A DNA stretch of 64,000 bases, from contig JBDGTS010000007.1 in assembly GCA_042216675.1 (NCBI GenBank), positions 32,001 to 96,000 of the forward strand, written 5' to 3'. The position numbers and the translations under genes are program-made. Every line of letters starts with the position of its first letter. The stretch's first letter is position 1. Positions 8,639 through 19,349 of the stretch are shown here, piece by piece. This DNA comes from Halobacteriaceae archaeon (GTDB lineage Archaea; Halobacteriota; Halobacteria; Halobacteriales; Halobacteriaceae). Under the pieces are notes generated by a model. It had not been told where the DNA came from and did no database searches. It worked only from the letters and a program-made list of their open reading frames with translations.

Positions 8639-10798
8639 ATGGCGAATGATGGCAGCAGTGATCAAGACACGTTAGAGATCGACCTGAGCGTGCCCTCCGA
8701 TCGGCGGAAGTTCCTCAGTGCGATGGGAGTCGCCGGGGCAGCAGGCCTCGCCGGCTGTAGTGGTGGCGGCGGCGGCGGCGACGGTGACGGCACCGCTACC
8801 GAGACGCCGACGCCGACCAGCGGCCAAGACACCACCAGCGGCGACGGCACCACCGGCGGCGACCAGACGACAACCCAGCAGGGCGCCCCGATGACGGAGC
8901 GCACGCTCTCGACGTTCGTCGGCTCCACCACCGCGGACAGCCCCGAACCGAAGGCACTGACCGAGTGGGGCTGGGCGCCGTCGAACTACCGGTCCCAGTT
9001 CCCGCGGATGATGTACCCCTTCCTGTTCGGTCGGAAGGTGTCGTCCATCGAGGCGACTGGCGAGCGCATCCCGATGCTCATCCAGGAGTGGGAGGGCAAC
9101 GCCAACGAGATTCACTACAAGATCCACGAGGACGCCAAGTGGTCCGACGGCTCGGACATCACCGCGGAGGACATGCTCGGCACCGGCATGGTCGGGCACA
9201 AGATCGGCTACGACAAGCCGGCCTCGGAACGTGACGAGTACAACACGCTCGGGCAGGCCATCACCGGCTTCCGCGCCGAGGGCAAGGACTACTACATCGA
9301 GAGCGAAGTCGGTGCCTTCGACAACTTCTGGCTGGACTTCAACGTGTGGGACATCATCGCCCACGCCGGCTCTGCCGAGTTCACCACGCAGGGCGAATTC
9401 GGCCAGTGGCTCGCCGACCAAGTCAAGGACAAGTACGACGACCTGTGGGGCAACAAGAAAGCGGGCAGCTACATGTCCAAGCTCGCGAACCAGCCGATCT
9501 CGAAGAACGAATACTGGCCCGATGACCCGACGAAACTGCCGTACTCGGGCGCCTTCAAGCTCGACCAGGTCCTCGAGGCCAAGGCCATTCTCACGAAGAA
9601 CGAGAACTGGCTGCACTCCGACTCCATCAACTGGCCCGACGTGAAGCTCATCGTCCAGAACAACACGCAGGCGCAGAACGCCCTGCTGCAGAACAACGAA
9701 GTCGAGATGGTCCCGATGCACGGTGCGTCGGAGTCCATCATCGACTCGTTCCCGGACAACATGCAGCAATTCCCCTACGCTGCGGGTGACTCCACGAACA
9801 TCCTGGCGCAGGGCCAGCACCCCCACTTCGGGAAGCCGCCGGTGCGGAAGGCGCTCCTGCAGGCGGTCGACACGCAGCAGCTCCTGAACATCGCGAACTC
9901 CTACACGACGGCGAAGATCTCCGAGCCGCCGGGACTTCACGCCCAGCAGGAGGAGCGCTTCGTCAGCCAGGAGTTCCAGGACCAGTTCACGGAGTACCCC
10001 TACGACCCCAAGGCCGCCGCAGAGTGGATGCGCAGTGCGGGCTACACGAAGGACGGCACCAACTGGATGACGCCGGAGGGCGAACGGCTCACGGCGGAGC
10101 TCATCACTGCCGACGACAACATCCAGCTCGAGGCCACCCTCGTGTCCCAGCTGAACTCCTTCGGCATCGACACGAGCCTCACCAAGGTCACCAGCACGCA
10201 GTTCGGCAGCCGTCTCGACAACGGCAACTTCGAACTCGCCATCGAGAACTGGTTCACGGGGTACCCCGTCTGGAGTGCCGCGATTCTGGGTATCTTCTAC
10301 CGTGCGTTCCAGCAGTCGGTGCGCCGGAAGAAGTGGGGCATGTTCCCCGAGGACAAGACGATGGCCTTCGTGGACCGCCACGACGAGGTCGTCAACAAGG
10401 AGTACTCGTGGACGAACAACGTCGAGGGCATCTGGCCGAACCCGTCCCTCGTCAACCCCGAGAAGCAGGACAAGTGGGTTCCCCACATCAAGGCGCCGCC
10501 GGTCGGAAAGCCGAACTCCGACAAGGAGGTCGTCTACCCCGTCGTCTACTGGGGCATCCTCTGGCAGCAGAACATCAGCCGGGAGAAGCGCAAGGAGATC
10601 ATCAAGGGCGTGACGTGGGTGTACAACCAGACGCTGATGCCGTACATCCCGATCCTGGAGTCGAACCAGCTCGCGTTCCAGGACGTCGAGGACTGGAACG
10701 TCCCCAAGAAGGGCAACAAGTACTGGGACCAGTGGAACCCCCAGCACAAGCTCATCGAGCAGCCGCAGAACACCTACCAGGCTGTCCCCAAGAAGTAA
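8639..10798 (+). CDS. ABC transporter solute-binding protein (family 5-like), Tat lipoprotein
   Basis: DRRKFL twin-arginine motif, LAGC lipobox, Gly/Thr linker, KWSDG..ITAED, HPHFGKPPVRKAL, YPYDPKAA. Confidence 0.85.
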   Translation: MANDGSSDQDTLEIDLSVPSDRRKFLSAMGVAGAAGLAGCSGGGGGGDGDGTATETPTPTSGQDTTSGDGTTGGDQTTTQQGAPMTERTLSTFVGSTTADSPEPKALTEWGWAPSNYRSQFPRMMYPFLFGRKVSSIEATGERIPMLIQEWEGNANEIHYKIHEDAKWSDGSDITAEDMLGTGMVGHKIGYDKPASERDEYNTLGQAITGFRAEGKDYYIESEVGAFDNFWLDFNVWDIIAHAGSAEFTTQGEFGQWLADQVKDKYDDLWGNKKAGSYMSKLANQPISKNEYWPDDPTKLPYSGAFKLDQVLEAKAILTKNENWLHSDSINWPDVKLIVQNNTQAQNALLQNNEVEMVPMHGASESIIDSFPDNMQQFPYAAGDSTNILAQGQHPHFGKPPVRKALLQAVDTQQLLNIANSYTTAKISEPPGLHAQQEERFVSQEFQDQFTEYPYDPKAAAEWMRSAGYTKDGTNWMTPEGERLTAELITADDNIQLEATLVSQLNSFGIDTSLTKVTSTQFGSRLDNGNFELAIENWFTGYPVWSAAILGIFYRAFQQSVRRKKWGMFPEDKTMAFVDRHDEVVNKEYSWTNNVEGIWPNPSLVNPEKQDKWVPHIKAPPVGKPNSDKEVVYPVVYWGILWQQNISREKRKEIIKGVTWVYNQTLMPYIPILESNQLAFQDVEDWNVPKKGNKYWDQWNPQHKLIEQPQNTYQAVPKK

Positions 10799-10820
10799 CG
10801 CACTCCTGATCGACGGTCGG

Positions 10821-10832
10821 TTTTTCTTTTTT
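10821..10832 (+). terminator. Archaeal oligo-T terminator after the solute-binding protein gene
   Basis: tttttctttttt about 22 nt after the stop codon. Confidence 0.6.
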
Positions 10833-10920
10833 CGCGACGCGTAGCGACGCGTCTACTCATCGTCGGCGTGAACGGAGTCGGGCGACGCGGAGAGCGGTCA
10901 GTGTGGCGTCCGAGCGGCCG

Positions 10921-11949
10921 CTACTCCGGCGGCGACTCGATGGGGAGACAGACGTTGAAGACGGCCTCCGGGTCGGCCGTGTGGCTGGGGAGTTCGGCGA
11001 GACTCTCCGCCTCGGCCCGGGCCTGCGCGCCCGGTTCCAGCACCGCGAGGTAGAGGTGGGTCGGAATCCCGTCTTCGACGAGGACCTGCGCTCGCTCGAC
11101 GTTCGGATAGCGCGTCTCCGTGCCGTCGTCCCACTCGATGACGAGGTCGCGGTCCCCCTCGACGCGGTGGGGGTACGCGTGGGGCGGGTCGCTCACCGTC
11201 CAGTCGAGGCCGTCGGGCGACGTGGCGTGAATGCCAGCGTAGCTCTCGGCGTAGCCCTCGTGGTCGTCGACGTGAATGTGCATGTCCTTCGCCACCATGT
11301 GGAACTCGCCGTCGGGCGCCCGCCAGACGTAGTGGTCCTCGACGGGGCGGAACACGTTCTCGGCCAGCATCTCGTACTCGCCGGCGTAGTGGTCGGCCTC
11401 CCAGACGCTCACTTCGTAACTCCCGTCGCGGGTGTAGAGCAGGACGCTCCCGTCGTCGCGAACGACCGGAACGGGGTTCGTGCCCCCCGAAATCTGGCCG
11501 TGCATCTCCCACGGGCCGGCCACTGAGTCGGCGGTGGCGAGGCCGACGGCACAGTCCGTTCGGGGCTGTGGCTCCGGGCGGTTCGGCGTCGGCCGCGCCC
11601 CCTCGAAGTTACACCCGTAGTAGTAGAGCAGATAGGTCCCGTCCGGCGCGCGGACGATAGAGGGATTATGCGACATCCGGTCCCACGCTCCCTCCGACCC
11701 CGGCGGAACCACGATGTCTCGGAACTCGAAGGGCCCCTTCGGCGTCGGTGCCGTTCCGCGGATGACGTGGGAGTTCGTCGTCCAACAGCCAAAGGAGACG
11801 TCGGCCGACCACCCCGAGGCGAAGGCGTGATAGTCGCCGTCCTCGCCCTCGACGACGGAGGTGCCCCAGATGACCCAGTCGTCTTTCCGGAAGCCGCCCT
11901 CTTTTGGCGCTGGTCCCAGTCCGTCGGCGAAACTGCGGTGTTCGTGCAT
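10921..11949 (-). CDS. Five-bladed beta-propeller glycoside hydrolase (GH43/GH117-like clan)
   Basis: WVIWGTSVV, YHAFASGW, PKGPF, HNPSI, YLLYY, TNP, VEDHYVW, ERAQVL. Start reassigned to ATG 11949. Confidence 0.7.
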   Translation of the reverse strand: MHEHRSFADGLGPAPKEGGFRKDDWVIWGTSVVEGEDGDYHAFASGWSADVSFGCWTTNSHVIRGTAPTPKGPFEFRDIVVPPGSEGAWDRMSHNPSIVRAPDGTYLLYYYGCNFEGARPTPNRPEPQPRTDCAVGLATADSVAGPWEMHGQISGGTNPVPVVRDDGSVLLYTRDGSYEVSVWEADHYAGEYEMLAENVFRPVEDHYVWRAPDGEFHMVAKDMHIHVDDHEGYAESYAGIHATSPDGLDWTVSDPPHAYPHRVEGDRDLVIEWDDGTETRYPNVERAQVLVEDGIPTHLYLAVLEPGAQARAEAESLAELPSHTADPEAVFNVCLPIESPPE

Positions 11950-12116
11950 CAGTAGATTTTGTGTGACAACGTCGCATAACCCTGCTGGAGGGTGGGCCGG
12001 CTTGCCGCCGCTTTCGGTCCGCGACGCGGGATTCGCCCGACGGGCCGTCGCGGTCCGCGGATGGGTCACGTTCACACTCCGAAAGACCCTTGCCCCGGCC
12101 CCGAGTCCTCGCACTC

Positions 12117-14105
12117 GTGACGATTGGCACCTGCTACTTCCCCGAGCACTGGCCCCGCGAGCGCTGGGAAACCGACGTGAAGGAGATGGCCGACGCGGGC
12201 ATCGAGTACGTCCGCATGGCCGAGTTCTCGTGGGCGGAGATCGAACCGTCCCGCGGCGAGTTCGACTTCGAGTGGCTAGAGGACGCCGTCGAACTCATCG
12301 GCGACCACGGCATGCAGGCCGTCCTCTGCACGCCGACGGCGACGCCGCCGAAGTGGCTCGTCGACGAACACCCGGACATCAGGCAGGAGGACCCCGACGG
12401 CACCGTGATGGACTGGGGAAGCCGACGCCACTACTGCTTCAACTCGCCGACGTTCCGCGCGGAGACCGAACGCATCGTAACCGTCATGGCCGAGCGCTTC
12501 ACCGACAATCCCCACGTCGCCGGCTGGCAGACGGACAACGAGTACGGCTGTCACGGCACGGCTCACTGCTACTGCGACGACTGCGCGGCCGCCTTCAGGG
12601 AGTGGCTTCGGGAGCGCTACGGCGACGCCGAGACGCTGAACGAGCGCTGGGGAACCAGCTTCTGGTCCCAGCGCTACGACAGCATCGACCAACTCGACGT
12701 GCCGCGCCCGACGCCGTACAACCACCATCCCTCGCATCTGCTCGACTACAACCGCTTCAGCAGCGACAGCGTCGTCGACTACAACCGCCTGCAGGCGGAC
12801 CTGCTCCGCGACGTGAACGACGACTGGTTCGTCACGCACAACTTCATGTCGGAGTTCGGCGGCGTCGACGTGAACGAGATGCGGGACGACCTCGACTTCT
12901 CGGCGTGGGACTCGTACCCCACCGGCCACGTGCAGGAGGCCGACCGCGACCTGCGCGACGCGGAGTTCCGCGTCGGCAACCCCGACCAACTCGGCCTGAA
13001 CCACGACCTGTACCGCGCGCCGGACGCCCCCCACTGGATCATGGAGCAACAGCCCGGCGACGTGAACTGGCCGCCCCACAGCCCCCAACCCGGCGAGGGC
13101 GCGATGCGCCTCTGGGCGCACTGGGCCGTCGCGCACGGCGCCGACGAGGTCCTCTACTTCCGCTGGCGGCGCTGCCGCGAGGGGCAAGAGCAGTACCACG
13201 CCGGCCTCCGGAAGCAGGACGGCACTCCGGACCGGGGCTACCACGACGCCGCGGAGACGAGCGCCGACCTCGATGCCCTCGCCCTCGACCCCGTGGAGGC
13301 CGACGTGGCAATCCTCCACGACTTCGAGAACATGTGGGCGCTCGGCCCGGACCGTCACTCCCCCGATTTCTCCTACTGGGCGCACCTCAAGGCGTACTAC
13401 CGCGCGCTCCGCGCCCGGGGCGCGACGGTGACCATCACCCACCCCTCGGCGGACTTGGACCGGTACGACGCCGTCGTCGGCAACAATCTCTATCTCGCCG
13501 ACGACGAACTCGCGGCCCACCTCGACGACTACGTGTCGGGTGGCGGCGACCTGCTGTTGACGATGCGCGCCGGCGTGAAGGACCGCGCGAACAAGCTCCA
13601 CGAGGACCTGACGCCCGGCCCCCTCGCGAATCTCGTCGGCGCGCGCGTGGACCAACACGAGAGCGTCCCCGCGCAGATGGAGACCCGCGCCACCTACGAC
13701 GGTGAGACGCACGCCTACCGGACGTGGGCGGAGTGGCTCGACCCCGACGCCGCGGCTGTCGTCGGCCGCCACGAGACGGGCGTCGCCGCGGGCGAACCAG
13801 CAATCACCCGCAACGAGGTGGACGACGGTTCAGTCACGTACGTCGGCCTGTGGCCCGAGGCGGACCTCGCGGACCGCCTCGTCACGGACCTCCTGCACCG
13901 CGCGGACGTGCCGACGACGGACCGACTGCCCGAGGGCGTCCGCTTCGCGGAACGCGACGGTCTGACGTGGGTCGGCAACTTCACCGAGGGCGCGGTCAGC
14001 GTGGACGCGCCCGCCGACGCCGAGTACGTCGTCGGCGACGAGACGGTGCCCTCCTTCGACGTCAGCGTGGTCAGGGCCGCCCCCCACGAACTGTCCGTCG
14101 ACTGA
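12117..14105 (+). CDS. bgaH: GH42 beta-galactosidase
   Basis: [52 protein letters not shown]; GTG start at 12117. Confidence 0.92.
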   Translation: MTIGTCYFPEHWPRERWETDVKEMADAGIEYVRMAEFSWAEIEPSRGEFDFEWLEDAVELIGDHGMQAVLCTPTATPPKWLVDEHPDIRQEDPDGTVMDWGSRRHYCFNSPTFRAETERIVTVMAERFTDNPHVAGWQTDNEYGCHGTAHCYCDDCAAAFREWLRERYGDAETLNERWGTSFWSQRYDSIDQLDVPRPTPYNHHPSHLLDYNRFSSDSVVDYNRLQADLLRDVNDDWFVTHNFMSEFGGVDVNEMRDDLDFSAWDSYPTGHVQEADRDLRDAEFRVGNPDQLGLNHDLYRAPDAPHWIMEQQPGDVNWPPHSPQPGEGAMRLWAHWAVAHGADEVLYFRWRRCREGQEQYHAGLRKQDGTPDRGYHDAAETSADLDALALDPVEADVAILHDFENMWALGPDRHSPDFSYWAHLKAYYRALRARGATVTITHPSADLDRYDAVVGNNLYLADDELAAHLDDYVSGGGDLLLTMRAGVKDRANKLHEDLTPGPLANLVGARVDQHESVPAQMETRATYDGETHAYRTWAEWLDPDAAAVVGRHETGVAAGEPAITRNEVDDGSVTYVGLWPEADLADRLVTDLLHRADVPTTDRLPEGVRFAERDGLTWVGNFTEGAVSVDAPADAEYVVGDETVPSFDVSVVRAAPHELSVD

Positions 14106-14154
14106 CGACGCGAACTCTTTAGTCCCGGCGGCCGTTTGTCCGGCTATCCGACGC

Positions 14155-16743
14155 ATGGCCTCCGACTACAATCACAGCCGCGTCGAGGCGTTCTGGCAAC
14201 GGGCGTGGGACGACGCCGGCGTCTTCGAAGTCGACCCCGACGCCGACGACCCCACCTACGTCCTCGGGATGTTCCCCTACACCTCGGGCGAACTCCACAT
14301 GGGGCACATCCGGAACTACACGCTCACGGACGCCTACGCCCGCTTCCGGCGGATGTGCGGCGACGACGTGCTTCACCCGATGGGCTGGGACGCCTTCGGC
14401 CTCCCCGCAGAGAACGCCGCCCGCGACAGGGGTTCGGACCCGCTGACGTGGACCGAGACGAGCATCGAGGTGATGCGGGACCAACTCGAAGAGATGGGCT
14501 TTGGCTACGACTGGTCCCGCGAGATTCGCACCTGCGACCCCGACTACTACCGGTGGAACCAGTGGCTGTTCACCCGGTTCCACGAGGCGGGCCTCGTGGA
14601 CCACCGGGGCGCCGAGGTGAACTGGTGTCCCGACTGCGCGACGGTCCTCGCGGACGAGCAGGTGGACCGCGAACCCGGCCACGCCGGGGTCTGCTGGCGG
14701 TGTGAGACACCCGTCGAGACGCGCGTCCTCGACCAGTACTTCCTCGCCATCACCGACTACGCCGACGACTTGCTCGACGGCCTCGACGAACTCGACGGCT
14801 GGCCCGACGGCGTGAAAGAGGCCCAGCGCAATTGGATCGGGCGCCGCGAGGGGGCGGCCGTCGCCTTCGATGCGGGCGAGTACGGGGACGTCGAGGCGTT
14901 CACGACGCGCCCGGACACGCTCTACGGCGCGACGTTCGTCGCCCTCGCGCCGTCACATCCCGTCGCGGAGGAACTCGCGGCCGAGAACGAGGCCGTGGCC
15001 GACTACGTGGCCGCCATCAATCGCGAGGAGGGGGCGGACGACCGCTCGGGCGTCTACACCGGCGTCGACGCCGTCCACCCCGCGACGGGCGAGGAACTGC
15101 CCGTCTACGTCGCGGCCTACGTCCTCGGCGACGTGGGGACGGGCGCGCTGATGGGCGTCCCGGCTCACGACCGACGCGACCACGAGTTCGCGGCCGAACA
15201 CGACCTGCCGGTGCGCCGCGTCGTGGCGGGCGGTGACCTTCCCTACGCCGGCGAGGGCGAACTGGTCGACAGCGGCGACTACACCGGCCTCGATAGCGAG
15301 ACGGCCCGCGAGCGACTGCGCACGGAATCCTACGTCGAGTCGCGCACGGCCTACCACCTTCGGGACTGGCTCATCTCTCGCCAGCGCTACTGGGGCACCC
15401 CCATCCCCATCGTCCACTGCCCGGACTGCGGCCCGGTGCGCGTGCCCGACGAGGACCTGCCCGTCGAGTTGCCGCCGTTTCAGGAGACGACCGGGAATCC
15501 TCTCGACGCGGCGACGGAGTGGGTGGAGACGACGTGTCCCGACTGTGGCGGCCCCGCCGAACGCGAGACGGACACGATGGACACCTTCTTCGACTCGTCG
15601 TGGTACTATCTGCGCTACCTCTCGCCGGAGTTCGAAGACGCGCCGTTCGACGCGGACGTGGCGGCCGACTGGCTTCCGGTCGACCAGTACGTCGGCGGCC
15701 GGGAACACGCGGTCCTCCACCTGCTGTACCTGCGCTTCTTCGCGCGGGCCCTCGCGGACATGGACCTCCTGCCCGAGTCGGCCCGCGAGCCAATCGAGAC
15801 GCTGACGACGCAGGGGATGGTCAACCTCGGCGAGGAGAAGATGTCGAAGTCCGCGGGTAACGTCGTCTCGCCCGACGAGTACGGCGCCGACACGACGCGG
15901 CTCGCGGTCCTCTCTGCCGCCGCGCCGGACAGCGACTTCGCGTGGTCGAGCGAACGCGCGAGCGACGCCTACGAGTTCCGCCAGCGAGTGTTCCGCCTCG
16001 TTCGGGAGTACGAGGCGGGCGAGGAACCCGACGAGCGCCGGCCGGTGGACGACTACGTGAGCCGCGAGGTGGACGCCACCATCGAGAACGTGACGGCCGC
16101 CTACGAGGACCTGCAGTTCGAACGCGGCCTCCAGTCGGTGCGCTCGCTCGTCTCCCTGCTGTTCCGCTACCGCCAGCACACGAGTCCAGCACCGGGCACG
16201 TACGCGCGAGGGCTGGAAGCCGTCGTGAAACTGCTCGGCCCGGTGATGCCACACCTCTGTGAGGAACTGTGGGTCGACCTCGACGGTGAGGGCCTGTTGG
16301 CGGCGGCGCCGTGGCCCGACCCCGTTGCCCTCCCTGACGACGTGGACCGGGAGCGAACGCTGGTTCGGGACGTGCGCCGCGACGTGCGCGACATCGCCAC
16401 CGTCGCGGACCTCGACCCCGACGAGATAGTGGTCACCGTCGCGCCGCCGTGGAAGCACGACGCCGCCGCGGCCGCGGCCGCCGACCCGGCCGACGCCTTC
16501 GACGCCGCGTCGGCCGTCGACGGGCCGAGCGAGGAGGCGGTCCGCGAGTTCGCAGGCACCCTCGCCGAACGCGCACGCGAACTCGACCCGCCGCTGGGGG
16601 CCAAGCGGGAGGCCGCGACGCTCGAACGCGCGGCGTGGCTCCTCCGCGACGAGTTCGACGCCGACGTGCGCGTGCGCCGCGCCGACGCGGACGACGTGGC
16701 GCCCGAGGCCGAACCGTACCGGCCGGCAGTCGAACTCCTCTAA
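14155..16743 (+). CDS. leuS: Leucyl-tRNA synthetase (bacterial-type core as in haloarchaea)
   Basis: [17 protein letters not shown], editing domain FTTRPDT and [32 protein letters not shown]. Confidence 0.95.
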   Translation: MASDYNHSRVEAFWQRAWDDAGVFEVDPDADDPTYVLGMFPYTSGELHMGHIRNYTLTDAYARFRRMCGDDVLHPMGWDAFGLPAENAARDRGSDPLTWTETSIEVMRDQLEEMGFGYDWSREIRTCDPDYYRWNQWLFTRFHEAGLVDHRGAEVNWCPDCATVLADEQVDREPGHAGVCWRCETPVETRVLDQYFLAITDYADDLLDGLDELDGWPDGVKEAQRNWIGRREGAAVAFDAGEYGDVEAFTTRPDTLYGATFVALAPSHPVAEELAAENEAVADYVAAINREEGADDRSGVYTGVDAVHPATGEELPVYVAAYVLGDVGTGALMGVPAHDRRDHEFAAEHDLPVRRVVAGGDLPYAGEGELVDSGDYTGLDSETARERLRTESYVESRTAYHLRDWLISRQRYWGTPIPIVHCPDCGPVRVPDEDLPVELPPFQETTGNPLDAATEWVETTCPDCGGPAERETDTMDTFFDSSWYYLRYLSPEFEDAPFDADVAADWLPVDQYVGGREHAVLHLLYLRFFARALADMDLLPESAREPIETLTTQGMVNLGEEKMSKSAGNVVSPDEYGADTTRLAVLSAAAPDSDFAWSSERASDAYEFRQRVFRLVREYEAGEEPDERRPVDDYVSREVDATIENVTAAYEDLQFERGLQSVRSLVSLLFRYRQHTSPAPGTYARGLEAVVKLLGPVMPHLCEELWVDLDGEGLLAAAPWPDPVALPDDVDRERTLVRDVRRDVRDIATVADLDPDEIVVTVAPPWKHDAAAAAAADPADAFDAASAVDGPSEEAVREFAGTLAERARELDPPLGAKREAATLERAAWLLRDEFDADVRVRRADADDVAPEAEPYRPAVELL

Positions 16744-18230
16744 ACGCCGCCGGCTGGCGATTCGCCGCTCGTCTGCGTCGGCAGTGCGTCCGGGCTCTCG
16801 CCCTCCAGCGCGGCCGCGAGGTGGAGAAGCGCCAGCGGCGTCGGGTCGCCGAGGCTGGCGACCCCCGCTTCGTCCACGAACGCGCCGTCGGCGAAGCGCT
16901 CGTCCAGAACGTTCTCGCCGACGCGGGCCGCCGCGCCGAGGTAGCCCGCACGGCCCGTGTCCCGATAGCGTTCGAGGGCCGCGTGGACGGCCCGGTAGTC
17001 GCTCAGGTCGTGGTCGGTCCGGGGCCGGCCATCGTCGTCGCAGAGGCCGAGGCCCGCGGCGAGGTGGCGACACATCTTCTGGCACGTCTCGTCGCCGGTC
17101 CGGCGCGCGGCGAGCGCGTACGCCCACAGGAAACCCGCGTCGGCCTCGATGGGGCCGATGACCCGTCCCTTCGGCCCGAAGTAGCCCTCGCGCCGGATGA
17201 CGAACCCCTCCAGACTGTAGCCGTCCGTCAGCATCGGCTCGAAGTCGTTCTCCGCGGGGCGGTAGGTGCCCGCCCACGCTTGGAGTTCCTCGACGGCCCA
17301 CTCGGTGAACCGCTCGGCGCCGAGTTTCGCGCCGAGTTCGAGTTGCCGACGCTGGACGACCGGTCGCGGCCGGAACAGGGTGCCCTCGAACACCCGGTGG
17401 TCGCCGTGGATGTACGGCGCGAACTGGTACTGCGCCCTGTCGCCCCTGATTTCGGGGCCGTTGCACCAACTGGGGTGCTGGCTGAACTGGTAGCCGCTGA
17501 TGCCCGTCTCGCCGCGCGTCTCGACGTAGCGCTCGGCCAGACGCTCGGCCCACCGCCGGGGCGCGTCGTCGCCGTCGAGGGCTGACAGCAGGCCCGCCGC
17601 GTAGTACAGGTCGCTCCCCGTGTTGACGAACGTGAGGCCGTCGCCCCAGAAGAACACGTCGCCGCCGGCGTAGTCGCGGTCCCAGACGCCCGCCGTGTCC
17701 GGCCCCCACCCGCCGTGGCGGTTGAAGTCCAGTCGGTCCCAGTCGAGGACGTGCGCGGCCCAGAACGCCTCGACGAAGCGCCGCGTCGCGTCGGCGTCCA
17801 CGTCCCAGAGGAACTCGTAGAACGGGTAGTCCCACTTGAGTTCGTGCGGGCCGCCCTTCTTCGTCGCCACGGCGTCGTCGTCCACGTCGTAGGCGACGTG
17901 GCCGCCCCAGTGCAGGAGGCCACTCGGCCCCGCGAGTTCGGCGAGAGCGAACTCGGTCACCTCCGCGGCGGCGTCGCGGTAGCGCGCGTCGCCCGTCGTC
18001 TCGCTGAGGCCCATCAGCGCACGGAGGAACGGCTGTTGGACCGCGAAGTTCGAGAGCCGTCGCCCCTCCCCCACGTCGCGTTCGTCGCGCGCGACCGGTT
18101 CGCCCGCGGCGGGGTCCACGCCGTCGACGAGCAACGGCGTCTCGACGGTCCCGAAGCGGTCCCGGCCGTGTTCGAGCATCGCGTCCGCGTGGGAGCGCAC
18201 CGCCTCGACCAGCGTCGCGGCGTCTGTCAT
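16740..18230 (-). CDS. Pectate lyase family 2 (PL2)
   Basis: [57 protein letters not shown]. No signal peptide. Confidence 0.8.
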   Translation of the reverse strand: MTDAATLVEAVRSHADAMLEHGRDRFGTVETPLLVDGVDPAAGEPVARDERDVGEGRRLSNFAVQQPFLRALMGLSETTGDARYRDAAAEVTEFALAELAGPSGLLHWGGHVAYDVDDDAVATKKGGPHELKWDYPFYEFLWDVDADATRRFVEAFWAAHVLDWDRLDFNRHGGWGPDTAGVWDRDYAGGDVFFWGDGLTFVNTGSDLYYAAGLLSALDGDDAPRRWAERLAERYVETRGETGISGYQFSQHPSWCNGPEIRGDRAQYQFAPYIHGDHRVFEGTLFRPRPVVQRRQLELGAKLGAERFTEWAVEELQAWAGTYRPAENDFEPMLTDGYSLEGFVIRREGYFGPKGRVIGPIEADAGFLWAYALAARRTGDETCQKMCRHLAAGLGLCDDDGRPRTDHDLSDYRAVHAALERYRDTGRAGYLGAAARVGENVLDERFADGAFVDEAGVASLGDPTPLALLHLAAALEGESPDALPTQTSGESPAGGV

Positions 18231-18313
18231 ACCCGCCCCTGTGCGAGCGGCGACTTGTGTGTTGTGCCCGCGGACCACAACATATAACTCCGCAACCTCG
18301 GTCGCGGTAGACG

Positions 18314-19318
18314 ATGACAGACGACCTCCGCTTCGGCGTCGTCGGCGTCGCCGGCATGGGCGGCACGCACGCCGACGCCCTCGAACAGACGGACGGCGCG
18401 TCGCTCGTGGCCGGGGCCGACCTGGACGAGGCGGCCGCCGACGAGTTCGCCGACGAGTACGGCGTCGCCGCGTACACCGACACCGTCGAGATGGTCCGGG
18501 ACGCGGACCTCGACGCCGCGTGCATCTGCACGCCCAACGGCACCCACGCCGACGTCGTGGAGGACGTGGCCGCCGAGGGCGTCGATATTCTCTGCGAGAA
18601 ACCCCTCGACGTGACGCCCGAACGGGTCGCTCGGGTCATCGAGGCCTGCGAGGACGCCGGAGTGACCCTCGGCGTCTGCCTCCAGCGACGCACGCTCGGC
18701 GGTCCGCGCCTCGCCCGCGACGCCGTGGCGGACGGCACTCTCGGGGACCTCACGCTCGCGGACGTGCAGGTGAAGTGGCACCGCACGAGCGACTACTACG
18801 ACGTGGGCTGGCGGGGGACCGCAGACCTCGACGGCGGCGTCCTCCTGACGCAGGCGCTCCACGGCATCGACTTGCTCCAGTGGGCCGCGGGCGGCGTCGA
18901 ACGGGTGACGGCCACCGTCGAGACGATGCACCACGAGGGAATCGAAGTCCCCGACACCGCGGCGGCGACGCTGGAGTTCGAGAACGGCGCCTACGGCCAG
19001 ATTTCGGCTTCGACGGCCGTCTACCCCCAGTACCCCATCACCCTGCAGGTCCACGGCACCGAGGGGTCGGTCCGGTGGCACGAGGACGAACTGGACGAGT
19101 TCACCGTCGAGGGCCGCGACGACGCGGCCCTGCCGGATCCCGAACCGTTCGAGTTGGGGCGGGGCCACCTCGGCATCGTGCGGGACTTCGTGGAAGCGCT
19201 TCAGGAGGGCCGCGAACCGATGGTCTCGGGCGCCGACGCACGCGACGTCCACGACCTCGTGTTCGCCATCGCGCAGGCCGCCGAGACGGACGAGTGGGTC
19301 GCACTCCCCGACCGGTAG
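18314..19318 (+). CDS. Gfo/Idh/MocA family NAD(P)-dependent oxidoreductase
   Basis: GVVGVAGMG, ICTPNGTH, LCEKPL, GGVLLTQALHGIDL. Confidence 0.9.
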   Translation: MTDDLRFGVVGVAGMGGTHADALEQTDGASLVAGADLDEAAADEFADEYGVAAYTDTVEMVRDADLDAACICTPNGTHADVVEDVAAEGVDILCEKPLDVTPERVARVIEACEDAGVTLGVCLQRRTLGGPRLARDAVADGTLGDLTLADVQVKWHRTSDYYDVGWRGTADLDGGVLLTQALHGIDLLQWAAGGVERVTATVETMHHEGIEVPDTAAATLEFENGAYGQISASTAVYPQYPITLQVHGTEGSVRWHEDELDEFTVEGRDDAALPDPEPFELGRGHLGIVRDFVEALQEGREPMVSGADARDVHDLVFAIAQAAETDEWVALPDR

Positions 19319-19349
19319 GCTTTATTCGGCGCCGGGGCCACCCTCGGGC

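Noticed and set aside
8758-8880. GGC/ACC-rich repeats (also 60724-60756)
   Set aside because: They encode Gly/Thr linkers within CDSs and are not independent repeats.
14953-18786. Very long antisense or alternate-frame ORFs (also 8672-10747, 22865-26062, 26798-29503, 56209-58704, 61165-63207)
   Set aside because: Shadow ORFs of high-GC genes. They are Arg/Gly/Val-rich, lack motifs and overlap well-supported genes.
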